From positions 960,001-1,024,000 of the forward strand of contig CM000153.2 of assembly GCA_000004695.1 (NCBI GenBank): a DNA stretch of 64,000 nucleotides, given 5' to 3'. Shown piece by piece: positions 43,192 through 59,186 of the stretch. The translations under genes were made by a program, and so were the position numbers. The notes beneath the pieces are model-generated. The model was not told the origin of the DNA. It saw only the letters and a list, made by a program, of their open reading frames with translations, and ran no database searches. The first letter of the stretch is position 1; each line of letters opens with the position of its first letter. Origin of the DNA: Dictyostelium discoideum (lineage: Eukaryota).

Positions 43192-43627
43192 ATTTGTATT
43201 TTTGGAGATTTTTGTATAATTTGTTACCCCAACCATATTTCATTAAGAGAGAGCTGTGATCTAATTTATATAATTGAACTGGTACATCTGCTTCAGTCCA
43301 ACTATACCAATTTTTTTATTAATAAAAATAATTTATTGTTAGTATTGTTTTTATTAATTTTTTTAATGAAAAAAATAAAATAAAAAAAAAGTGAAAAAAC
43401 GAGGGGGTCGTGTGTGTATGTGAAGAGAGAAAAAAATAAAAAAAAAAGATCACATACTCTCTTGGTTTTGGAAGTTTCTTTGAAAAACAAGTATTATATT
43501 TTCTTAAAAAGCCTTCAATCTCTTTTAAGTGATTCTTTCTCTTTTTATGTGACATTCTCCAAGTATGAGTTTGTTTGATTGGTTTATGAACCAAACCACT
43601 GAATAACATTCTTGTAATTTGAAACAT
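43192..43627 (-). CDS. Small basic protein, 2 exons (43627-~43460, ~43305-43192), function unknown
   Basis: Exon 1 is 'MFQITRMLFSGLVHKPIKQTHTWRMSHKKRKNHLKEIEGFLRKYNTCFSKKLPKPR' with a GTATGT donor. The acceptor is 'aattggtatag'. Exon 2 is 'DWTEADVPVQLYKLDHSSLLMKYGWGNKLYKNLQKYK*'. Possibly a small mitochondrial or ribosome-associated protein. No family confidently recognised. Confidence 0.35.
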
Positions 43628-44081
43628 TTTTTACTTAAATATTTATATATTCTTTGATTTATATTATATTATTAATTATTATTGTTATTGTTATTTTTGC
43701 TAAAGATATATTTTATTATATACACACAAATTGAATTGTTTAAATGGCAGTAAATTATAATCTGATAAATATTAACAACTATTTACTCAATGAAAAAAAA
43801 AAAAAAAATATGAAAAATTTTCGTCAAAATTTTTTTTTTTTTTTATTTTTTTAATTTTTTTTTTATTTTTTTATTTTTTTTTTTCTATTTGTTTGTTTAT
43901 TTTTTTTTATTTTTTTTTATGGAAACAATTAGATTTTGTTTGCCAAAAACTATTTTTTTTTTTTTCTTTTTTTTTGGTAAATTATTAATGTGTTTTATTT
44001 TTTGAAAGAGGAAAAAAAGTTTACTAGTAGTTTTTTACCTTTTTTCTCTCTTTTAAAAAGCTAAACACATTAATTATTCAC

Positions 44082-44129
<48 letters not shown>

Positions 44130-44198
44130 GTTTTAACTCTAACATATACACACACGCACACACACACGAATTTTTCAAAACAAATAAAAATAAACTAG

Positions 44199-44234
<36 letters not shown>

Positions 44235-44271
44235 ACTTACCTCTCGATCAAATAAAATCATAAAATGTAAC

Positions 44272-44305
<34 letters not shown>

Positions 44306-44905
44306 AAACTCAACCAAAAATGTAATCTCTTAAAGCACTACAAGTACAATCTACCAGCACCTTGGACATCAGTCAAAGAAATTTACACAGAACAAATCTC
44401 CAAATGAATTCACCCAGAACCTGCAACTTCTCTACTTCAAAAACATTAATAGTGAAGCCAATCGACAAATGGTCAACCCCACACAATCTTTCTCATCACA
44501 CCAAAAATGAAAGAAATCCAAGAATGGCACAACAGATTACCAGTCAAAAACTCCATCTATATTCAACAACCATAGAAGTCCTTTGCCCCACAACTGTATC
44601 ACCACATCCCTACTACTAAAAATCTCATAACTTTTTTTTAAAAATAATAAAAATAAAAATAAAAATCTATTTTTGAAAAATTGAATCGGCACTATTCTTT
44701 TAATTGGAAAAAAAAAAAAAAAAAAAAAAAAATGAATAGTGTAAGATCAATTTTTGGAAAAAAAAAAATGAATAGTGTCAGACCAATTTTTGGAAAAAAA
44801 AAAATTTAAAAGGAGAAGAATTTTTTTTTTTTTTTTACACTAATTGTTTTTATTGATAGAAGTTTCATGTAAATATTTTTAAATAGCTTTTAATATTTTT
44901 TTTTA

Positions 44906-45051
44906 ATGTTAGGAATCAAATTAATAAAAATGGAGTTAGTAAAATGTCAACCTGGTATATGCAATTGTTCATGTAAACCCGAGTCATTGATACCAACAAC
45001 AACCTCAACCTCAACAACAACAACTTCAACAACAACTTCAACAACAACTTC

Positions 45052-45083
<32 letters not shown>

Positions 45084-45250
45084 AAGATTTCAATACAGAA
45101 ACATAAAAATCACCTCAAGTTAAAAAGTCAGAAGAATTCGGATTTAAAAAGAAAACATACAATCAAGGTTATCCAAATAAATTTGTTTCAACGAAATGTG
45201 GTAATACTTGTGCCAAAAATATTATGAAAAAATCATTCAATTGATAATGA
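44906..45250 (+). pseudogene. Small Cys-rich/Thr-rich ORF interrupted by an in-frame TAA (45104-45106) and followed by 45 more open codons. Candidate pseudogene or readthrough.
   Basis: 'MLGIKLIKMELVKCQPGICNCSCKPESLIPTTTSTSTTTTSTTTSTTTST...KDFNTET*KSPQVKKSEEFGFKKKTYNQGYPNKFVSTKCGNTCAKNIMKKSFN*'. The frame is uninterrupted across the TAA. 45 sense codons in a row in ~25% GC DNA is unlikely by chance. Confidence 0.25.
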
Positions 45251-45469
45251 ATCATTCATCTGTAAATGGGTTAAAGATAATGTAATTAGAATCATTTGCA
45301 GATAACATTACTGTCTCCACACTCACACACCACACCACCAAAACCTGTAAAATGCAATGAATCCAATAAACAATCATTTAAAAAATAATAATAAATAAAA
45401 TGGGTAATAATAATAATAAAAGAGTTTAAATATTTTTGTTTTAAGTTTTTATTAATTCCAATTTCCATT

Positions 45470-45556
45470 TCCCTATCTGAATTATCGATTTAACTATTTA
45501 TTTTTTTTTAAAAAAAAAAAAAAAATAGTTAAATCGATAATTCAGATAGGGAAACC
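45470..45556. repeat. Near-perfect ~85 bp palindrome: 28 bp arms 'ccctatctgaattatcgatttaactatt' / 'aatagttaaatcgataattcagataggg' flanking a T-run/A-run centre
   Basis: Arms are exact reverse complements. The centre 'tattttttttt aaaaaaaaaaaaaaaa' is itself self-complementary. Confidence 0.85.
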
Positions 45557-45689
45557 TAATTAATATTGAAAAATTGGATTATTTAATTAAATAATTATTT
45601 TTTATTTTTTTATTTTATTTTATTTTTTTTTTATTTTTTTTTTTTTATTTTTTTTTTTTTAAATATATATATTATATTATATAAATTAA

Positions 45690-47306
45690 TTATACACGAA
45701 TTTTAGCTGGTTTATCTTTTGGTTTAATGAATAAAAAGATAGCAGTAAGAACAGCCATAACAAAGACACCAAAGATGTAGACAACCCAGAACCATTTTAA
45801 GATTTTAAGATTTTTAACTGCAGTTTCAAAGAGTGAATTGATTGCAGTTGTTGAAGTGAATTGAGAGAAAGCCATCGTACAGAAATGAGTGATTGAGACG
45901 GAAGTGATAAGGATTAAACCAACATTGAAGAGGAAAGCATTCATCATGGTATTACCAACCCTCATAGGATGAATTGGGAAGAGGAAGAAAAGACGTAACC
46001 CAAATTTGAAATTACCCTTGACAACACAAAACAATAAATAGAATGAGAGTAAACCATAGACAATGACACCAAGGAAACCCCAAGCATTGTTCAATGCAAT
46101 GACCAAACTGTTTAAGAATGGGTGGAATGGCTCTGGTGCGGTGATCATGTAGATGATGATGTGAAGCAACCATCCAAGACTGACGCCCAATGCAACGAAG
46201 CCCCCAAAGAACTGGGCGTAGTAAAAGATGACCTTGCCACCTTGTCTCTTGTAAGAGATCTTCAAACGCTCGTAATCCTCCTCCAACAAGAAAATAGCTT
46301 GACGGAAACGATTGTAATTCTTTCTATCACGTTTGCTCATGATGCCACCCGATGTACGTGACTGGATGGTCTTGCCGATCTCCACTAACTCAGTGGCACG
46401 TTCACCAATCTTCTTCTTTCTTTCCAAATATTTGTCATATGGTATACGTTGTGGACGATTCTTAAAGTCGCCAATCATATCGAATGGCAAGGCGACCAAG
46501 CCGATACCACCGAAAATGATGAATAACAACCAACCAAAGAATGCAACCATTGTGATGATGAAAAGTGCGATGGACACACGGAATTGTAAAAATTCTTTAT
46601 CCAAACGATATTCTACATACTCCGATCCGTCTCCTAAAAGATCTGGATTTCCAGGATCGAATCTGATCCTCTCGTCATTTCCACCAATGATTGCTGCTAT
46701 CTCTGGTAATGCATATGTTATATTACTAATATCTGACATGAATGGATAGTTTAGAACTTGGAATCTACCCAATACAACAATGGTTGGAATCTCTGCCACA
46801 CCAAAGAATACATATAAAACAATGGTTAATGCTGTAAATGCAAATAGAATTGCAAATGTACCCTTGAATGCTCCTGCAATTTGACTACCTGCTCCTGGAT
46901 CTGCTTCTTCTGATTCATAGAAGAACATTGCAAATGGGCAAATAACAACTGCAAATACTGCCACTGCAATATATATAATAATCCATAATATATCCATAGG
47001 AAATCCACCACTTCCTCCATCATTTGCTACATCCAATGGTAACATTAAAATACTTGTTGCTGCTAATGTTAAACCTAAAATCTATAATTATAAAAAATAA
47101 AAAGTTATTAGATATTTTTCAGATATTTTTATTTTAAATTTAAAATAAAAATGGAAAAAAAAAAAAAAACTTACAACAATAATTTTCGGGAAATAGGCAA
47201 CATTTTTGTCATCTGGATGTTGGAAATATGCAATTAAATACAAACTTGCTAAAACTACAAGTGCTGGTATAACAACAGCAATAATAATTAAGAAGACGTT
47301 AACCAT
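45690..47306 (-). CDS. LMBR1-domain (LIMR/LMBR1-like) multi-pass membrane protein, 2 exons (47306-47175, 47080-45690)
   Basis: Exon 1 is '[44 protein letters not shown]' with a GTAAGT donor. The acceptor is 'ataattatag'. Exon 2 is '[23 protein letters not shown]...'. There are ~9 hydrophobic helices and a central cytoplasmic loop '[34 protein letters not shown]...[24 protein letters not shown]' typical of LMBR1 family topology. Confidence 0.65.
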
Positions 47307-47969
47307 CCTCTTTTATTTTATTTATTATATTTATTTTTTTCTTTTTTTTTTTTGTATTATTTATATTATATTCGTATGTGATTATTTTTATTTATTAATT
47401 TATTTTTTTTTTATTTATTTATTTTAAAAGTACGGAAAAAAAAAAAAAAAAAGATTTTATTTGTTGATGAGTTTGTGTGTGTTGGTTTTGATTTTTTTTT
47501 TTTTCTTTTTTTTTTTTTTAATTTAAAAAAAAAAAAAAAATTAAAAAATTATATAATTAAATAAATAAAATGATTGAAATAATAGACAAAACAAAAAAAA
47601 AAAAAAGAAAAGAAAAAAAAAATAAAAAAAAAAAAAGATTAATTAAAAAAATATAAAATACCCAGTGGTAGAGAAAAAAAAAAAAAAAAAAAAAAAATAA
47701 AAAAAAAAATAAAAAAAATTTTTTTATACCAGAGCCTAAAAAAAAAAATTAAAAAAAAAATAAAAAAAATTTAAAAAAAAAAAAGACCCCACGTTTTTTT
47801 TTTAAAAGTTATAAAAAATACAACGTGGTCGTCTGTAAGACAATTGTAATTCGATGAAAATTTTTGTGGTTTTGGGAATTAATAAAAATGAAAATAATTA
47901 AAAGAGGAGGAAATAAAATATACATTGCAAATATTACAAAATAAGTGTTAAATTGAGAATTTTATAACA

Positions 47970-48018
<49 letters not shown>

Positions 48019-49390
48019 GAATATTTTTTTTTTTCCCAAAATTAGTTAAAAACCAATAATTAAAATATTCAAAAATGTAAGTGGAGAAAAAAGGAATATT
48101 AAAAAAAAAGATGGTTTGGTTAAAATAGAAAACCAAAGATCACTTAGTTTTAGCAAAATTGGGATAAGTTTTAAAACTTTTTTTTATTTTTTAAAAATAA
48201 ATATTACTATATTTATTTTTTTCCAACATTTAAATCTATTTTAATCCAGTCCCTCCTTTTTATAATAAAATTTTTAAGGCTAAAAAGATTTAATTCTTGT
48301 TATAATAACTCTCCTTTTTAAATTAAAAGGAAATATAAAAAAAAAAAAAAAAAAAAAAATTTTTAGGCATTAATTATTTTATTATAAAAAAATATTATTT
48401 AACTTTTTTAAATTTTCCTATCTCATTTGAGCCCAGCTTTTCAAAGTAATAAATTTAAAATTATTTATTATTTTTAATTTTTTTTTTTTTTTTTTTCTTT
48501 TTCAAATAATGGTTTGAAAAAAAAAAAGAATTACAAAATGGTAAATAAAAAAAAAAAAAATAATAATAGTTTAAAAAAAGATAATTAAAAAAAAAAAAAA
48601 AGGATTAGATAGAATATTTATAACTTTTTTTTTTATTCAAAATATATTATTTTTATTTTTATTTTTTTTAAATTTTTTATTTATTTTTTATTTATTTTTT
48701 ATTAATTTTTTTAAAAAAAAAAATTTTTAAAAAAAAAAACACACAAAGAAATTATTTATTTTATATTTTTAGAAACCCCATTTAAAAACAGTGTAAATAT
48801 TTAATTATTTAATATATAAATATCTTTCTTATAAAATAATTATTTTTTTTTTTTTTATTTTTTAATTTTTTTATAGTTTTATTGATAAAGTTAACTTTAA
48901 TTTATTTTATTTTTTTATTTTTTTTTTATTTTTTTTGTTTAAGTTAACCTTATTTTTTTATTTATTTTTTTTTTGACGCGTGACCTTACATGAAATAACA
49001 CCACCAACATGTTGTCACGTACCCGGATTTCATTTTAGAAATCATAAAAAACGGCCAACCGCTGTTATTTAATTTTTTTTTTTTAATTTTTTTTTTTTTT
49101 TTTTTTTTTTTGGATTTTTTTTTTTTTTTTTTTAAAAATTATTTTTTTTTTTTTTTTTATTTTTTTTTTATTGGTTTCTTTTCACCAAATTTCAATAAAA
49201 TTTTTTTAATTTTTTATTTTTTATATATTCCTAATAAAATTTTTTTTTTTTTTTTTTATTAAATCAAAAACTCTCAATACCAATAGATTTTATATCATTA
49301 CATTCCTATAGATATTATATTCAAAACCAAAAAGTCAAAAGGTTTTTTTTTTTTTTTTTTTTTCAGTAACATTAACAAATAAAGCAAAAT

Positions 49391-50770
49391 ATGTTTTCAG
49401 GAGCATTGAATTATATGAAGGGTTTAGTAGGTACCAACGAAAACTTACAAGTCGAAGAAAGTGGTGATAATAAAGGTGATATTGAACCAGAGCAAAGAAA
49501 GGGTTTACTCAAACAATTATCATCATATGTTGGTAAAGATATTACATCTTTAATCTCATTACCAGTTTGGATTTTCGAACCAGTATCATTCTTACAAGTT
49601 ATGTCCGAACCATTACAATATAACGCTTTATTATCTAAAGCCTCAAAACAAGATAGCGAATTTTTATGTTTAGCTTATTTAGCTGCCTTCAATTGTGCAT
49701 TATATAGTACTGCTGTTAGAACAAGTAAGTTTTATTAAATATTATTAATTATATTTTGAAAAATATAATAGTAAAATAAAATAAAGAAAAAAAAAAAAAA
49801 AAAAAGAAATACTAAAAAATTTTTTTTTTTTTCTTTTTTATTTCTTTTTTTCTTTTTATTTTTATTTTTTTTTTTTTTTTTAAAAAAAAAAATAGGAAAA
49901 CCATTTAATCCAATTTTAGGTGAAACCTTTGAAATTGTTGATAAAAAAGGTGAATTTAGATTCCTTGCAGAACAAGTTAGTCATCACCCACCAATTGGTG
50001 TATCAGAGACAATTTCAGAAGATTATACTCTTCAATTAGAAACATTATTGAAATCCAAATTCTATGGTAACTCATCAGAGGTTGAAATTGATGGTACCAA
50101 TCATTTCTTCAATAAGAAGACCAACCACCATTACACATGGAATCATTTGGTAACTTGTTGTCATAACATTATCATTGGTTCATTATGGTTGGATCATTAT
50201 GGTGATTTAGTCATCGAAAATCACACTACCGGTAGCAAGGCAGTACTCAAATTTGCTAAATCTGGTTGGTTAGGTGCCGGTCGTTATGGTGTCACTGGTG
50301 AAATTGTGGATTGTGAAGGTGATGTTAGATACAGAATCACTGGTAAATGGAATGAATCCATTCAATTATTCCAAGTCATGGATAATGGTTCATCCTCTAC
50401 CACTTCCACTTGTCTTTGGGAAGCCAGCAAAGAACCAATCAATAATAAATTTTTATTCCCAAGATGGGTCGAAGAAAACGTTATTGATCTCAACGATGAA
50501 TACAAAAAGATATTACCAGTCACCGATTCTCGTCTTAGAGCAGATCGTATCGCTTTAGAAGAAGGTAACTTGGATGTCGCAGCTAAAGAAAAACACAACT
50601 TGGAAGAGAAGCAAAGAGAAGACAAAAGACAAAGAGTTGCTGAAAACAAAGAATGGGAAACTGCTCAATTTAAAAAAGTCGATGATGCTAAATTTGGTTA
50701 CAGATGGAATTATTGTGGTAATTATTGGGAAGAAAGAGAAGAAAGAGTTAAAGCAGCAGCTTCAAATTAA
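49391..50770 (+). CDS. Oxysterol-binding protein (OSBP)-related protein, short ORD-only type, 2 exons (49391-49724, 49896-50770)
   Basis: The OSBP fingerprint 'EQVSHHPPIGVSE' is present, with flanking 'PFNPILGETFEIVDKKGEFRFLAEQ'. Exon 1 ends '...STAVRT' at a GTAAGT donor. The acceptor is 'aaaaaaaaaatag'. Confidence 0.85.
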
Positions 50771-51157
50771 TAAAAACAATAATAATTATAATATTTTAAT
50801 CGTAAACAATTTATTCATTCAATTTCCGCTGTTATTAATTAATATATAAATAAAAAAAAAAAAAAAAAACAAAAAAATAAAAAATAATAAAAAACATTTT
50901 AAAAAAAAAAAAAAAATAGTGAATATCTCCATTCATAACTTTTTATTAAAATTTTAAATGCTTTAAGATTTTTCCAAACTAAGATCAAATAAGTTAAATA
51001 TTTAAATACTTCACAAAATTAAAATTATCTGATTTTATTAATCGGCAAATAAACAAATCCTTTAAAATAAAAAAGATTTATTTTCAAGAAGAAAGTGGAG
51101 TTTTTTTTTTCTTTTTATTTAGTTGATATTTACAAATACTATAATACATTTAGAATT

Positions 51158-51491
51158 TTAATTGCAACCACAATCTGGATGTAAAATTGGAGTTGTAATA
51201 TTGCCAACAGTGTTTAATACTGAACCAACAATAACACCAGTACCAAATAAAACTCCTCCAACAAGATTTCCAACTGTATTTCCTAATGCCGGACTACAAG
51301 AACAACATTGAATTGAGTTTAATGATTGAAGTGATGATGATGAAAATGAGGCAATATTGGATTTTGATGATGATTTAATATTTCCAATTGATGAGATTGA
51401 GGCTAAATAATTAAATTGATTTTAGTATTTAGGTAAAAAATAAATTAAAAATTTAAAATTAAATTTAAATGTAATTACCTAAGATTGTCAT
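51158..51491 (-). CDS. hssA/2C/7E-family small Ser/Gly-rich protein with C-terminal CGC. 2 exons (51491-51479, 51402-51158).
   Basis: Exon 1 is 'ATGACAATCTTAG|gtaattac'. Exon 2 starts after 'ttatttag'. The protein is '[85 protein letters not shown]'. It is a near-identical inverted paralogue of 52257-52584. Confidence 0.7.
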
Positions 51492-51954
51492 TTTTTAGGT
51501 TTAATTGTTTTAGTAAGAAAAAAAAATAAAAAAAAAAAAAAATGTTTTTAAAGGTAAAGTATTCACTTTAAAAAAAAAATTATAAAATTTTTTATATATA
51601 ATATTAAATCAATTTTTTTTTAATTTATTACAAATTATTTGAAAAATAGTTTTGGAATTTTAGATAATGGATGATATCATTTTAGTGATAAAATAATAAA
51701 TAAAGATTTATTTATTTAATTTTAACTATATGAACGGTTTATAAAAAATAGTTCAAATTAATCTTTCAAATAGAGATTTTAAAAATGGCCTTTAATCTTA
51801 TTTCCCTACAAATATAAAAATATTATCGGTCAAAAAAAAAATATTAAATAGCTATATCTTTTTTTTTCTTTTATTGAAATGTTATATTAAAAAAATTAAT
51901 CAATTTTTTTTATTATTTTTTGTATAGAAAACAAATTTATATGTTTTCCAATCT

Positions 51955-51990
<36 letters not shown>

Positions 51991-52256
51991 AGTAACAACC
52001 CCTTCTAACACAGATTTTTTATTAAATAAGTAAGATTAACACAGATGAAAAAACTAATATAGATATCTAAAATTCAAATTTGGATTTTACTAAATTTAAA
52101 TTTTTTTTAATAATTTTCACATTTTACTCTTTTTTAAATATAATAATAATTATATGTTTCAAAATTAGTATAAAAAAATTTTTATTTTCCAATCATTATC
52201 AAATATTAGCCAACTCTTTAAAGCATAAATAGAAAATTGAAAAAAAAAAAAAAAAA

Positions 52257-52584
52257 ATGACAATTTTAGGTAACTATATATATATTTTATAATTCTTTTA
52301 TTTAATAATTTCTAATTTCTTTAAATATTATTTTAGCCTCAATCTCATCAATTGGAAATATTAAATCATCATCAAAATCCAATATTGCCTCATCATCATC
52401 ATCATCATCAAGTCAATCATTAAACTCAATTCAATGTTGTTCTTGTAGTCTGGCATTAGGAAATACAGTTGGAAATCTTGTTGGAGGAGTTTTATTTGGT
52501 ACTGGTGTTATTGTTGGTTCAGTATTAAACACTGTTGGCAATATTACAACTCCAATTCTACATCCAGATTGTGGTTGCAACTAA
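52257..52584 (+). CDS. hssA/2C/7E-family small Ser/Gly-rich protein, paralogue of 51158-51491. 2 exons (52257-52269, 52337-52584).
   Basis: Exon 1 is 'ATGACAATTTTAG|gtaactat'. The acceptor is 'tattttag'. The protein is '[86 protein letters not shown]'. Confidence 0.7.
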
Positions 52585-52993
52585 AATCGAAAATAATATA
52601 TATATTTAATTAAATTAATTCAATATATAATTATTAAATACATAAAAGTGTATAAAAAAAAAAAAAAAAAAAAAAATTTAAAAAAATAAAATAATAATAT
52701 AAATTTTATATTATTAATAAATGTTTCTTTTTTAAATATAAAAATATAATATTATTGTGATTAAATTTAACAGAATAAATAATAAAATAATTAAAGAATT
52801 TGTTTTTGATTTTTAGGTTTTAAAATAGAAAAATTATTTCTATCTTTTTTTTTTTTTGGTTTCTTTTTTTATTATAATCATTATGACAATATTAATTTTT
52901 ATATATATATGAGTATTAAAAGTTTTTAATTGGGTAATATTATAATATTATAATAAAATTGAAATCCAATGATAGAAAATATTAATACTATCA

Positions 52994-56773
<3,780 letters not shown>

Positions 56774-58004
56774 GTTTTTTATTATTGTATTTTCTTCCTA
56801 CTTCACTACTTCACCCAAATAACTTTTATTTTTTTTTTTTCTTACTTTTTCTTTTTTTTTATTTTTTTTTTTTATTTTTTTGAAACTATTATAATTTTAT
56901 TACTATTATTATTAATTCAATAATGTATTTGCTTTATACTTGTTTGGTTTTTTATTTTTTTATTTTTTATTTTTTTCTTATTAATTTTGTTATTGTTTTT
57001 TTTTATTTGTTTTTATTTATTTATTTATTTATTTATTTATTTGGTTTAATTATTTTTTTTTTGTGGTTGGGGGATTTACTAAAAGAAAAAAAAAAAAAGC
57101 AAAATCAAAAAAAAAAAAAAAAAAAAAAAATCTGTTTATAAGAAAAAACGTATATTTATAATTAATTTAATTAATATATTTTAATCGTTTGAACAATAGT
57201 TTTAATAATAATGAGAAGGGTAATAAATAAAAGAGTATGGTGTTTGGTAGTGAATAAAGGAGAGAGGTACCAATAAATTGAAACAAAAATTGAAATTTTT
57301 TTATTTTTTTTTAATTTTTTTTTTTTTTAATTTTTTTTTTTAATTTTATTTTTATTTTTATTTTTTTTTTTTTTATTTTGAAAACTTTAAAGAAATCTTG
57401 CTGATTTTTGGAAGAGTGTACGGATATTTATGAAATATAAAAAAAAAAAAAAAAATTTTATGTTTTTTTCCCAAATCCCCCAAATAAAAAAAAAAAGAAA
57501 AAAAAAAAGTTTATTCAAATAAAGAGAACCTGGAAATTACCTTTTTTTTTAAATTTATTTTATTTATGATGGGGGCGCTCCTATGATAAATAAATAAATA
57601 AATAAATAAAAAAATAAAAATAAATAAATAAATAAATGAAAAAATAAAATAATTAAATAAATGAAAAAATAAAATAAAATAAAATTAAAATAAAATTAAA
57701 ATAAAAAAAAAAATTTAAAAAAAAATAAAAAGTTTATTAAATTAATTAAAAAAAAAAAAAAAAATTAAATTAAATTAAATTAAATTAAATAAAAAAAAAA
57801 GAAAAAAAGATTTTAAACCCAAAACACTTACACACTGTTTATACCATTCAACAATGTGGGAACATTTTTTTTTTTTTTTTTAATTTTTTAAAATTTAATT
57901 TTATTTTTTATTTTTTTCATTTTTTTTATTTTTTTCATTTTTTTTATTTTTCTATTTTTATCCTTTTATTTTTTTTCTATTTTTATCTTTTTTTTTTTTT
58001 ATTT

Positions 58005-59153
58005 TTATTTTTTTTTTTGTAATAAATTTTTTTTATGAGTTATAAAAATAGTTATAATTACTAATATTGAGCCAATAACAGTTACCAATAATGTATAGAA
58101 TTTAACAGAATCATTATCATTTAATTGACCAACTGGGACATTTATAGAAATTGATTTTGAAATATCATCTAATAATAAATTATAATTTGTAATTAAATTC
58201 CAATTATCATTATTTGAGTTGTCATTGTTATTTAATACACTATTTGTTGGTTCACATGATAGATAAATTTGAGGAGATGAAATTATAGATTGACGAAAAG
58301 TATTACTATCACCATTATCACTGAATAAAGGATTTTGATAACGTAAATGAATTGGTAAAGTTAATTGAATATCTTGAGTAGCAGAACCGGTTGTATTGAA
58401 TTGTTTAATGATTGAAACGAAATTTTGAGTACTTGAGGTAGAAGGTTTCTCCAAATCGATCAATTGATAAATTACAACTTTTGGACCTCCAAATCTCTCA
58501 ATTTCATCCACTTCATATCTATCAACGAAAATACCTTGATCCAAATTCTCCAAAACCATAATTTTACACACTCCTGGTACAGTATCTCTCAATGGTGATT
58601 TCAAAGTAACATTAATAACAAGTTCACGATGAAATCCAGATTTCTTCACCAAATGATCTAATTTCAGTATAACCCATTCACTATCATCACCATCTTTAAC
58701 AAGAGTTGTTGTTTCAATATTATCAATCATTTCATCCAATTTACTTGCTTTTGAATTCTCTAATTTATAAATTTCTTTACTTTTATCAGCATTTAATAAA
58801 GCTAAAGTAGTGGAGGTAGTGGTAGTGGTAGTGGAGGTAGTTGAAATTGGATTATATTTAATTGTTAATTTATTAGTATTGATTAAAGTTTGTTCATTAA
58901 ATTCAATTGAATTTTTATTAATAGTTAAAGTGAAACCTAATAATTGATCATATGAATTTTCAATTGAATATGAAACTTTATGACTATTACAAAGTTTATG
59001 ATGATTAAAAATTGATAAACAATTTAGATAACTATTACTATTGAATAATTCAAGATATGATTTCTCATTTTCTTGTTTATTGAATTTACTTGATTGAATA
59101 ATACGTTGACGTTTAATTGAAATATCATTTATTGGCTTAAGAATATTACTATC

Positions 59154-59186
<33 letters not shown>

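Noticed and set aside
44362-44619. 85 aa ORF 'MDISQRNLHRTNLQ...' as a protein-coding gene
   Set aside because: The composition and C-ending codon bias are unlike neighbouring genes and no motif is recognised. It is kept as a compositional anomaly (finding) rather than called as a CDS.
46122-47023. 79-138 aa ORFs within the LMBR1-like gene
   Set aside because: Antisense or alternative-frame ORFs within a supported membrane-protein CDS.
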